Shown here: positions 9,448 through 15,447 of the stretch, piece by piece
How the letters are laid out: each line of letters opens with the position of its first letter
Position numbering within the stretch: the first letter of the stretch is position 1
IMG/VR virus record: IMGVR_UViG_3300034375_006485
Reading direction: 5' to 3' (one strand)
DNA length: 20,000 nucleotides
Source: an uncultured virus (IMG/VR IMGVR_UViG_3300034375_006485)
Taxonomy: Duplodnaviria > Heunggongvirae > Uroviricota > Caudoviricetes
Notes under the pieces: generated by a model
Told to the model about the DNA's origin: nothing
Database searches by the model: none
Seen by the model: only the letters and a program-made list of their open reading frames with translations
Translations under genes and position numbers: made by a program

Positions 9448-10378
9448 ATGTGCTCCTATTCTTCAAGAACCAATCAATAGTAATCTTAAGACCATCTTCT
9501 AAATTTGTTTTAGCAGACCAGTTTAATGATTTCATTTTAGAAGTATCCAACGCTCTCCTCGGAGTTCCGTTGGGTTTTGACGTATCCCATGAGATAAGTC
9601 CTTCATAACCAACATACTTTGCAACGATTTCTGATAACTCCCTGATACTAACTTCCCGATCTGGTCCAATATTTATAATCTCTGGATCATCATAGTTATT
9701 CATCAAAAAGATAAGACCATCTGCTAAATCATCAGAGAATAAAAACTCTCTAGTAGGACTACCATCACCAAAACAAGTTACAATAAGACTATTATTATCT
9801 TTTGCAGTGATAAACTTATTAATAAAACTTGGAATAACATGACACTTTTCGATATTGAAGTTGTCATTGATTCCATATAGATTGTTTGGCATTACAGAAA
9901 TAGTATCAAAACCATATTGCTCTGAATACTTTTTACACATAATGTAACCAGAGATTTTTGCCAGTGAATATGCAATGTTAGTCTCCTCTAAAGGAGAAGT
10001 CATTAAATATTCTTCTTTGATTGGTACTGGAGCATGTTTAGGATAGATACATGCTGATCCAAGAAATGCAAGTTTTTTAGCTGCGTTTTGATATGCTGCA
10101 TCTATAACATTTGTTTGGATCTGTAGATTATCTCTAATAAAATCGGCAGGGATTGCTTTGTTATAACTAATACCACCTACTCTTGCAGCAGAAAGAAACA
10201 CATACTCAGGTTTATGATATTCAAAAAAGTCTTCTACATCAACTTGACGAGTAAGATCTACTTTTGATTTATCTGCTGTAATAATATTGGAATATCCTTG
10301 GTTTGTAAGTTGCCTGATTAGAGCAGATCCTACTAGACCTTTATGTCCTGCAACATAAATTTTCGAATCATGATTCAT
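9434..10378 (-). CDS. fcl: GDP-L-fucose synthase / ColC-type epimerase-reductase
   Basis: [46 protein letters not shown] motifs. Confidence 0.93.
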   Translation of the reverse strand: MNHDSKIYVAGHKGLVGSALIRQLTNQGYSNIITADKSKVDLTRQVDVEDFFEYHKPEYVFLSAARVGGISYNKAIPADFIRDNLQIQTNVIDAAYQNAAKKLAFLGSACIYPKHAPVPIKEEYLMTSPLEETNIAYSLAKISGYIMCKKYSEQYGFDTISVMPNNLYGINDNFNIEKCHVIPSFINKFITAKDNNSLIVTCFGDGSPTREFLFSDDLADGLIFLMNNYDDPEIINIGPDREVSIRELSEIVAKYVGYEGLISWDTSKPNGTPRRALDTSKMKSLNWSAKTNLEDGLKITIDWFLKNRSTYERV

Positions 10379-11369
10379 TTTGACACATCTCCATAACTAG
10401 ATCACAAAAAGATACAGTTGGTTCCCAACCAAGTTGTTCTTTTGCTTTTGTTGGATCTCCCAAAAGAGTTTTTACTTCTGCTGGTCGATAATATTTTGGA
10501 TTAACTGTAACAATGGTTTTTTTAGTCTTTTGATCCATACCAATCTCATCTTCACCACTACCATGCCACTCAATATCCATTCCAAAATAAGGAGCTGCTT
10601 TTTCTACAAACTCTCGAACAGAATGCTGAACACCAGTAGCAATGACATAATCTTCAGGAGTTTCTTGCTGGAGCATCATCCACATTGCTTTACAATAGTC
10701 TCTGGCATGTCCCCAATCCCTCTTTGCATCTAGATTTCCAAGTTGCAGAAGAGTTTGCTTCCCTTCAGAGATTGCTTTTAGTCCTCGTACAATTTTACGA
10801 GTTACAAATGTCTCACCGCGTCGTGGAGATTCGTGATTAAAAAGAATACCACTACAGGCATACATTCCATATGACTCACGATAGTTCTTTACAATCCAAT
10901 ATCCATACAGTTTTGCAACACCATATGGAGAACGTGGATAAAAAGGTGTCGTTTCTGTTTGAGGAATCTCTTGCACCTTTCCATAGAGTTCGCTAGTAGA
11001 TGCTTGGTAAATACGAATCTTATCTTCCATACCCAGAAGACGAACTGCCTCAAGGACTCTAAGAGTGCCCAGTCCATCAGTCTGTCCTGTGTACTCAGGC
11101 ATCTCAAACGATACCTTGACGTGACTCTGAGCGCCAAGATTATAGATTTCGTCTGGTTGAACTTGCTGAATAACCCCTACTAGGTTAGTAGAATCAGTCA
11201 AATCTCCATAATGAAGATTAAGTTTATCGTAAATATGATCAATACGATGTGTGTTGATCAAAGAAGCACGACGAACAATACCATGAACTTCATAACCTTT
11301 TTCAAGGAGAAGTTCTGCGAGGTATGAACCGTCTTGTCCCGTAATACCAGTGATTAAAGCTTTTTTCAT
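10368..11369 (-). CDS. gmd: GDP-mannose 4,6-dehydratase
   Basis: [57 protein letters not shown]. Confidence 0.98.
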   Translation of the reverse strand: MKKALITGITGQDGSYLAELLLEKGYEVHGIVRRASLINTHRIDHIYDKLNLHYGDLTDSTNLVGVIQQVQPDEIYNLGAQSHVKVSFEMPEYTGQTDGLGTLRVLEAVRLLGMEDKIRIYQASTSELYGKVQEIPQTETTPFYPRSPYGVAKLYGYWIVKNYRESYGMYACSGILFNHESPRRGETFVTRKIVRGLKAISEGKQTLLQLGNLDAKRDWGHARDYCKAMWMMLQQETPEDYVIATGVQHSVREFVEKAAPYFGMDIEWHGSGEDEIGMDQKTKKTIVTVNPKYYRPAEVKTLLGDPTKAKEQLGWEPTVSFCDLVMEMCQNES

Positions 11370-11372
11370 AAA

Positions 11373-11714
11373 TCAAACTCTTCCAAAATCATCTTCAAGT
11401 CTAACAATGTCATCCTCATCGCAAGGATCACCAATCTGAACTTCAATAAGGGTTATTCCTGTTTCGCCTCCCGTAACTCTATGCACAGTAGTTCTTGGTA
11501 CAAAAATAAAGTCTCCAACTTTTACATCTCTTTCAGACTCACCCACAATAACTTTAGCATCTCCTTGAACAACTGTCCAGTATTCGTTTCTTAAGTTATG
11601 ATACTGGAGAGAAAAACTTTTTCCAGGATCGACATAAAGTCTTTTACATTTATAGTTGGAGGTTTCGGAAAAAACTTCCTCATACCACCCCCAAGGTTTT
11701 TCAACTCTTTCCAT
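11373..11714 (-). CDS. Mannose-6-phosphate isomerase type II cupin domain protein; start set at MERVE
   Basis: KPWGWY, SLQYHNLRNEYWTVVQG, HRV, IEVQIG, EDDIVRLEDDFGR. The ORF-track extension to 11801 runs through a terminator. Confidence 0.9.
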   Translation of the reverse strand: MERVEKPWGWYEEVFSETSNYKCKRLYVDPGKSFSLQYHNLRNEYWTVVQGDAKVIVGESERDVKVGDFIFVPRTTVHRVTGGETGITLIEVQIGDPCDEDDIVRLEDDFGRV

Positions 11715-11749
11715 GTACATAAACATAGTGACTATGATATGTATACAAG

Positions 11750-11778
11750 AAAAAAGGAGGGTTATTACACCCCCCTTT
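11750..11778 (-). terminator. Intrinsic terminator at the 3' end of the structured RNA
   Basis: AAAGGGGGGT-GTAATA-ACCCTCCTTT stem-loop running into a U tract on the minus strand. Confidence 0.8.
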
Positions 11779-11925
11779 GTAGGTCTTTTCATGCACGCCA
11801 CTTGCTCTTTAGAGAAGCAAGAAACTCATATTAGGGTCATATGACTCCACCACACATTTTTGAGAGAAATGAGAAACTCCAGGGGTCAATGACCATCCCG
11901 ACCAGGATTTTTATAGACTCTCCAT
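11779..11925 (-). ncRNA. Structured cis-RNA, most likely manA RNA motif / CfrI-like (wcaG-like alternative)
   Basis: Non-coding, relatively GC-rich segment with two tandem modules (GTCA..TGACCC..GAGTTTC-stem-TTCTCT-AAA-stem-GTGG), directly 5' of a mannose-6-P isomerase gene and near tRNAs, the context described for manA RNAs. Boundaries approximate. Confidence 0.7.
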
Positions 11926-11928
11926 GTC

Positions 11929-12162
11929 TTAGGCAACTTCAACAGTTTCAAGATCATTATAAAGATATTCCATTAAAATCTCATAATCATCAAGAGGATC
12001 TCCAGAGAAAACTACTCCACTATTTCCATAAAAGCGTCGAACTTTTTTATAAAGTTTTGGATTTTTAACATCCAAAAAGATTTCTCCATTTGCAGCAGAC
12101 CTAAGTGTATTGATGTCTTTTTTGAACTTTTCTGTAAGTGCCATTTTTTTGAGTGTTGACAT
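11929..12162 (-). CDS. Small hypothetical phage protein (start may be MALTEKF)
   Basis: 77-aa ORF directly behind a consensus sigma70 promoter. Confidence 0.75.
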   Translation of the reverse strand: MSTLKKMALTEKFKKDINTLRSAANGEIFLDVKNPKLYKKVRRFYGNSGVVFSGDPLDDYEILMEYLYNDLETVEVA

Positions 12163-12166
12163 TTAT

Positions 12167-12195
12167 ATTATAATGGTTTGACAGTTTACTGTCAA
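12167..12195 (-). promoter_or_regulatory. Perfect sigma70-type early promoter
   Basis: TTGACA (12195-12190), 17-nt spacer, TATAAT (12172-12167). Confidence 0.85.
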
Positions 12196-12219
12196 TAGGA
12201 CATAAGTGGTTATGTCCAA

Positions 12220-12293
12220 TGCAGGTTAAGGGAATTGAACCCTTCTTAGCCGCTTTATGAGAACGGAGCATTCAACCAGATTGCTAAACCTGC
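12220..12293 (-). tRNA. tRNA with CAU anticodon (Ile2-lysidine or elongator Met; not initiator-like)
   Basis: GCAGGTT/AACCTGC acceptor stem, anticodon arm CCGTT-CTCATAA-AGCGG, T arm AAGGG-TTCAATT-CCCTT; no encoded CCA. Confidence 0.88.
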
Positions 12294-12316
12294 TCGTCTA
12301 GAAACTCTGCTAGAAG

Positions 12317-12517
12317 TCAAGATCCTTCTTGGTGATCTGTGTACAAGCGTATGAGTTCATCATCTGCTGGAACCATAACTGCAGTTTGCTCATTTTCTTC
12401 GTTTTTGATTCCTATATGCTCCCCATTCTCAACTCTTTCAATCAAAGTTTCCCAGTTATTTTGCCAATATTCCACTGTGTAAATTTCAATAGTTGTTGTA
12501 TTTATCATATGATTCAA
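12317..12517 (-). CDS. Small protein resembling the Phd/YefM antitoxin N-terminal domain
   Basis: YTVEYWQNNWETLIERVENGEHIGI...AVMVP pattern. Confidence 0.55.
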   Translation of the reverse strand: MNHMINTTTIEIYTVEYWQNNWETLIERVENGEHIGIKNEENEQTAVMVPADDELIRLYTDHQEGS

Positions 12518-13076
12518 AGAATATTTTTTTGTAATCAGAAATAAAATTATAGAATGCTTTTGAAGGTCTTTGAGATTTTAGATTAAATGTCAATGAAGTT
12601 GATATATGTTCTTTAGGAATAACATTTTCCAACTCGTAAACTTTTAGATAATCTATAATAAACAAAGAACAGATTTCTGGATCTAAACTTTGCATGAATA
12701 ATCTCTCAAGTCTTTCCGTAGATTCTTGACAGTTTTGAGGTATTTTATAATAGTTATCAGAAAAGTCTTTGGTTTCTATTCTATTGTTTTCTATGTGGTC
12801 TTCAATCGGGGATGTATTTTTTTCCAAATAATATCTGCAGAATCTTGTAAAGATATTTTCCATATAAACTGCATTATATTCTGCAACCTCATTGACATCT
12901 AGTTTAAAGTTCCAAGGCATTCCACTGAAGCAACATACGATATGTGCAATATCATGTGTTGGAGTTGTTGGAGGAACCTCATCACTATGTAAAGTTAAAA
13001 CTTGATTGTCAGAATAAAAAACTTTAAAGAGTGTATTTCCTTTATCCCAAGACCAAAAAATTTCTTTTACTTCCAT
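12486..13076 (-). CDS. Hypothetical protein
   Basis: 196-aa ORF on the coding strand; contains THDIAH...E. Confidence 0.7.
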   Translation of the reverse strand: MEVKEIFWSWDKGNTLFKVFYSDNQVLTLHSDEVPPTTPTHDIAHIVCCFSGMPWNFKLDVNEVAEYNAVYMENIFTRFCRYYLEKNTSPIEDHIENNRIETKDFSDNYYKIPQNCQESTERLERLFMQSLDPEICSLFIIDYLKVYELENVIPKEHISTSLTFNLKSQRPSKAFYNFISDYKKIFFESYDKYNNY

Positions 13077-13094
13077 CAGAATAATAAAGGGTAA

Positions 13095-13115
13095 TCGGAA
13101 TGACAGGATTGGAAC
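13095..13115 (-). pseudogene. 3' remnant of a tRNA (Pro-like): partial T-loop, 3' T-stem and acceptor strand only
   Basis: GTTCCAATCCTGTCATTCCGA resembles a tRNA-Pro 3' end; no D arm or anticodon arm upstream. Confidence 0.55.
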
Positions 13116-13143
13116 GTCTCAAGTTCCTGATGTAGTAATCATA

Positions 13144-13308
13144 CTACTTTTTATGCCGTTTGTCAAATGGTTCCCAATGTTCCCATCCATATTTGTGAAC
13201 TGCCCACATACCAAGGATAGGGACAAAGACGAGAGACGCTGAAAGAAATCCCATAGTCCATGGATTATTTAGTACCCATCGAGAAAAATGTGCTACTTCA
13301 TGTATCAT
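13144..13308 (-). CDS. Small membrane protein (start set at MIHEV)
   Basis: One hydrophobic segment; W-rich C-terminus GWEHWEPF. Confidence 0.65.
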   Translation of the reverse strand: MIHEVAHFSRWVLNNPWTMGFLSASLVFVPILGMWAVHKYGWEHWEPFDKRHKK

Positions 13309-13351
13309 GGATTTTAAGGTATAAAACATGAAAGTAAAATTAAAGTTTCCA

Positions 13352-13477
13352 TTACATACTCCCATTTCTAAATCCTACTATATACCCAAGTAGAAGTCCG
13401 CACATAAATGATACCCACAGGTATAGCACATGAGATGTAAATGCAATAAACTCCATCCATTCAGTATACGTCATCAT
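13352..13477 (-). CDS. Small membrane protein (41 aa)
   Basis: Manual translation MMTYTEWMEFIAFTSHVLYLWVSFMCGLLLGYIVGFRNGSM*; overlaps upstream ORF. Confidence 0.55.
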   Translation of the reverse strand: MMTYTEWMEFIAFTSHVLYLWVSFMCGLLLGYIVGFRNGSM

Positions 13478-13571
13478 CCCCCTCGTAAAGTGGGCATGGT
13501 TCTTCGAATAACAATAGCATTCGCATCTCTTTAACTTTTTCCTGCAACTTTTCGTAGTCTTCTTCAGTCAT
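13461..13571 (-). CDS. Small acidic protein (36 aa)
   Basis: Manual translation MTEEDYEKLQEKVKEMRMLLLFEEPCPLYEGDDDVY*; ATGA-coupled to upstream ORF. Confidence 0.55.
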   Translation of the reverse strand: MTEEDYEKLQEKVKEMRMLLLFEEPCPLYEGDDDVY

Positions 13572-13771
13572 AATGTGATGTTCATCCATGAGAATACGGG
13601 TGGTATTACTCCAATAAGTCGAAGTAAACCCTCAGCAAAAAGTGCAAGAACAACCCAACCAACACACATACTAATAATCGAAGCATTCCGATTATGACGA
13701 CGTATTGCAGCATCGATCATCTCCTGGACTTCACTGCGACTTACATAATCATCATCAAAAGGACTCATCAT
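13568..13771 (-). CDS. Small membrane protein
   Basis: EMIDAAIRRHNRNA followed by a hydrophobic segment; coupled to neighbours. Confidence 0.7.
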   Translation of the reverse strand: MMSPFDDDYVSRSEVQEMIDAAIRRHNRNASIISMCVGWVVLALFAEGLLRLIGVIPPVFSWMNITL

Positions 13772-13917
13772 TTCTCGTCCCCCAGATACTTTGCTGCTGG
13801 ATCTTTTTTAGTCTTTACTATAGCACAAGCTCTTTTGTAAAACATGTTGTCTGTATTCCCAGACTCTTCAAAAACAGCTTTGACCTTTACCCAGTTTTGA
13901 TAAGTATGATCGTCCAT
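13768..13917 (-). CDS. Small hypothetical protein (49 aa)
   Basis: Manual translation MDDHTYQNWVKVKAVFEESGNTDNMFYKRACAIVKTKKDPAAKYLGDEK*; ATGA overlap with next ORF. Confidence 0.65.
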   Translation of the reverse strand: MDDHTYQNWVKVKAVFEESGNTDNMFYKRACAIVKTKKDPAAKYLGDEK

Positions 13918-14039
13918 GTGTTTTTAGCTTATTTACTAGTTATGATATTATTCTAGTGACTAGTAAAAAACTTGCATGGTTTATATCGATACCGTAACAC
14001 TGTTTAAGAAAATATTAAATATTAAATATTAAATAAAAA

Positions 14040-14058
14040 GGAAGATCAGGGATTCGAA
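14040..14058 (-). pseudogene. 3' remnant of a tRNA (Ser-like)
   Basis: TTCGAAT-CCCTG-ATCTTCC reads as T-loop, 3' T-stem and 7-nt acceptor strand (would pair with GGAAGAT); a CDS stop lies 3 nt upstream, so the 5' part is absent. Confidence 0.55.
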
Positions 14059-14061
14059 GTT

Positions 14062-14322
14062 TTAGCGGACTTCAAAGTCCAACTTACGAACATTGCGTTG
14101 TCTTCTTGCCTCTTGCCAGGCAATATCTTCAGGACTTAAAACATTATTTGATTGCTTTGACTTGTAAGTGTTTAACATAACTACCTGAGATAAGTCAACT
14201 GCAGAAATATTTTCATAATCTCTAATGGTTGCCATATTTGGACAACCACAAGTAACAGTTTTTCCGACAACCCCTAAAAGTTCTTTAGAACATGACTTGC
14301 ATCTTATTTTTACAGGATCCAT
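14062..14322 (-). CDS. Small zinc-ribbon-like protein (start set at MDPVK)
   Basis: CKSC...CGCPN cysteines; late promoter upstream. The ORF-track extension crosses tRNA-Ala. Confidence 0.75.
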   Translation of the reverse strand: MDPVKIRCKSCSKELLGVVGKTVTCGCPNMATIRDYENISAVDLSQVVMLNTYKSKQSNNVLSPEDIAWQEARRQRNVRKLDFEVR

Positions 14323-14342
14323 AATATAACATGCTTTCTTAT

Positions 14343-14350
14343 TATTTATA
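14343..14350 (-). promoter_or_regulatory. T4-type late promoter TATAAATA
   Basis: Exact consensus 20 nt upstream of the ATG at 14322. Confidence 0.7.
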
Positions 14351-14351
14351 A

Positions 14352-14424
14352 TGGAGAATAGCGGACTCGAACCGCTGACAGCCTGCTTGCAAAGCAGATA
14401 CTCTACCAACTGAGCTAATTCCCC
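14352..14424 (-). tRNA. tRNA-Ala(UGC)
   Basis: GGGGAATTAGCTCAGTTGGTAGAGTATCTGCTTTGCAAGCAGGCTGTCAGCGGTTCGAGTCCGCTATTCTCCA; G3:U70 pair present. Confidence 0.97.
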
Positions 14425-14426
14425 TT

Positions 14427-14452
14427 GCCCGTTAGGTTGGACTCGAACCAAC
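14427..14452 (-). pseudogene. tRNA remnant: intact T arm plus degenerate acceptor strand (Thr-like)
   Basis: GTTGG-TTCGAGT-CCAAC followed by CTAACGGGC, between tRNA-Gly and tRNA-Ala with no room for a 5' half. Confidence 0.5.
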
Positions 14453-14481
14453 TACTGAATGTAAGGAACCAAAAGGTTCAG

Positions 14482-14552
14482 AGCGAAATACGGGATTCGA
14501 ACCCGTGACACCAACTTGGAAGGATGGGATGTTACCACTACACCAATTTCGC
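14482..14552 (-). tRNA. tRNA-Gly(UCC)
   Basis: GCGAAATTGGTGTAGTGGTAACATCCCATCCTTCCAAGTTGGTGTCACGGGTTCGAATCCCGTATTTCGCT; U discriminator. Confidence 0.95.
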
Positions 14553-14619
14553 ATTTGATGGAGTAAGTGTGATATATCTCATAAGGATATAACAGTGACT
14601 TACCCTCTATCACTTTTAT

Positions 14620-14648
14620 ATATTACACCAGTTCTTGGATATTGTCAA
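14620..14648 (-). promoter_or_regulatory. Sigma70-type promoter for the tRNA-Gly/Ala unit
   Basis: TTGACA (14648-14643), 17 nt, TAATAT (14625-14620) with a TG extension. Confidence 0.7.
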
Positions 14649-15115
14649 GTCCAAAGGTTATGGTCATATTCCCAGTGGCAATTTGGACATAATGGCATTA
14701 TGTTTTCCTTTGAGTTTATAACACTAATCATAACTTCTTCACTAAAAGAAGATATTGGTTTTATGTGAGCAATTTCTATATGTTTATTATATCCACATTT
14801 AACACATTCGGTAAATCCAAGTTTTTTTCCAAATGCTCTTGCTCGTGTTCTTACCAAAGCAAATGCTGAGGACTTGTGATGTTTTTCATATATTGCTTCT
14901 TTAAGGGTCATATCTTTTACTTCTCTATCTTTTAACCATATCAAATAGTGTTCTTTACAACGAGCACGATTTGCTGTTATTGCTTTTCCACAATCAATAC
15001 ATTTATGCTCTGGTTTTCTTTTAGGAACTTTTTTATTATTATAAGAAGCAGCACAACTTCTTCCACAAAATTTTGGATTTTTTGTTTCTACTTTACAAAA
15101 CAAGCACTTATTCAT
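14645..15115 (-). CDS. Free-standing HNH endonuclease with N-terminal zinc-binding motifs (putative homing endonuclease)
   Basis: CVKC...IEIAHIKP...N...NIMPLCPNCHWEYD HNH domain; N-terminal CLFC..FCGRSC and CIDC..RCKEH. Confidence 0.9.
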   Translation of the reverse strand: MNKCLFCKVETKNPKFCGRSCAASYNNKKVPKRKPEHKCIDCGKAITANRARCKEHYLIWLKDREVKDMTLKEAIYEKHHKSSAFALVRTRARAFGKKLGFTECVKCGYNKHIEIAHIKPISSFSEEVMISVINSKENIMPLCPNCHWEYDHNLWT

Positions 15116-15119
15116 AATG

Positions 15120-15158
15120 GAACCTTAAAGTTATTTTTATTTATAAACCTTAAGGTTC
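15120..15158 (-). promoter_or_regulatory. RBS-sequestering hairpin with T4 late promoter TATAAATA (15145-15138) in its loop
   Basis: GAACCTTAAGGTT / AACTTTAAGGTTC 13-bp stem (one G-U); the 3' arm contains AAGG 7 nt before the HNH ATG. Confidence 0.8.
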
Positions 15159-15164
15159 AAAAAA

Positions 15165-15447
15165 CGTCTCAGGAGGGACTCGAACCCCCGACCAACTGCT
15201 TAGCTTACCACTACGGATTTCCCCGCCATTTCTGTTTGTGGTCTGGACTTTCTCTTTACCATATCCTAAAAGGACTTAGGCACTTCCCGTCAAGTCTCTA
15301 CACCTTCATCTTACGATGCTTGGCTCGGGATTATCATAGTCTTAAGACTTTAGAGTTCCCCGAATTTGAGAAGTTACATTTATAAAGTTTCCCTTATAAA
15401 GCTCCTTTGTTAAAGGCAGATGCTCTTTCCAACTGAGCTACTGAGAC
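15165..15447 (-). tRNA. tRNA-Arg(UCU), split by a group I intron (exon 1 15447-15413, exon 2 15203-15165)
   Basis: Joined exons give the 74-nt cloverleaf GTCTCAGTAGCTCAGTTGGAAAGAGCATCTGCCTT^CTAAGCAGTTGGTCGGGGGTTCGAGTCCCTCCTGAGACG. Confidence 0.93.
15204..15412 (-). mobile_element. Group I intron (IC3, tRNA-Leu(UAA)-like), 209 nt, no internal ORF
   Basis: P AAATTCGGGGAA (15367-15356), Q AATCCCGAGC (15332-15323), R GTGTAGAGACTTGACGG (15303-15287), S AAAGAGAAAGTCC (15257-15245); P1 CUU/GAG with U-G at the splice site; P3 ACTTCTC/GGGAAGT; terminal G at 15204. Confidence 0.92.

Noticed and set aside
2083..11183. Numerous 60-99 aa antisense or off-frame ORFs within the glycan island
   Set aside because: Fully nested in well-supported genes; no independent evidence.
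11598..12068. Plus-strand ORFs and the extended cupin start
   Set aside because: They overlap the structured RNA, terminator and real minus-strand genes; no motifs.
13978..14035. Possible NtcA-like (GTA-N8-AAC) or Pho-box site and AAATATT x3 repeat
   Set aside because: Imperfect matches in very AT-rich DNA; the 7-bp period does not fit the 11-bp Pho box spacing.
14323..14451. N-terminal extension of ORF 14062..14451
   Set aside because: Runs through tRNA-Ala and the tRNA remnant.
14948..15385. 145-aa plus-strand ORF as an intron-encoded protein
   Set aside because: Antisense to the HNH gene, tRNA exon and intron, with no recognisable motif; the intron is ORF-less.
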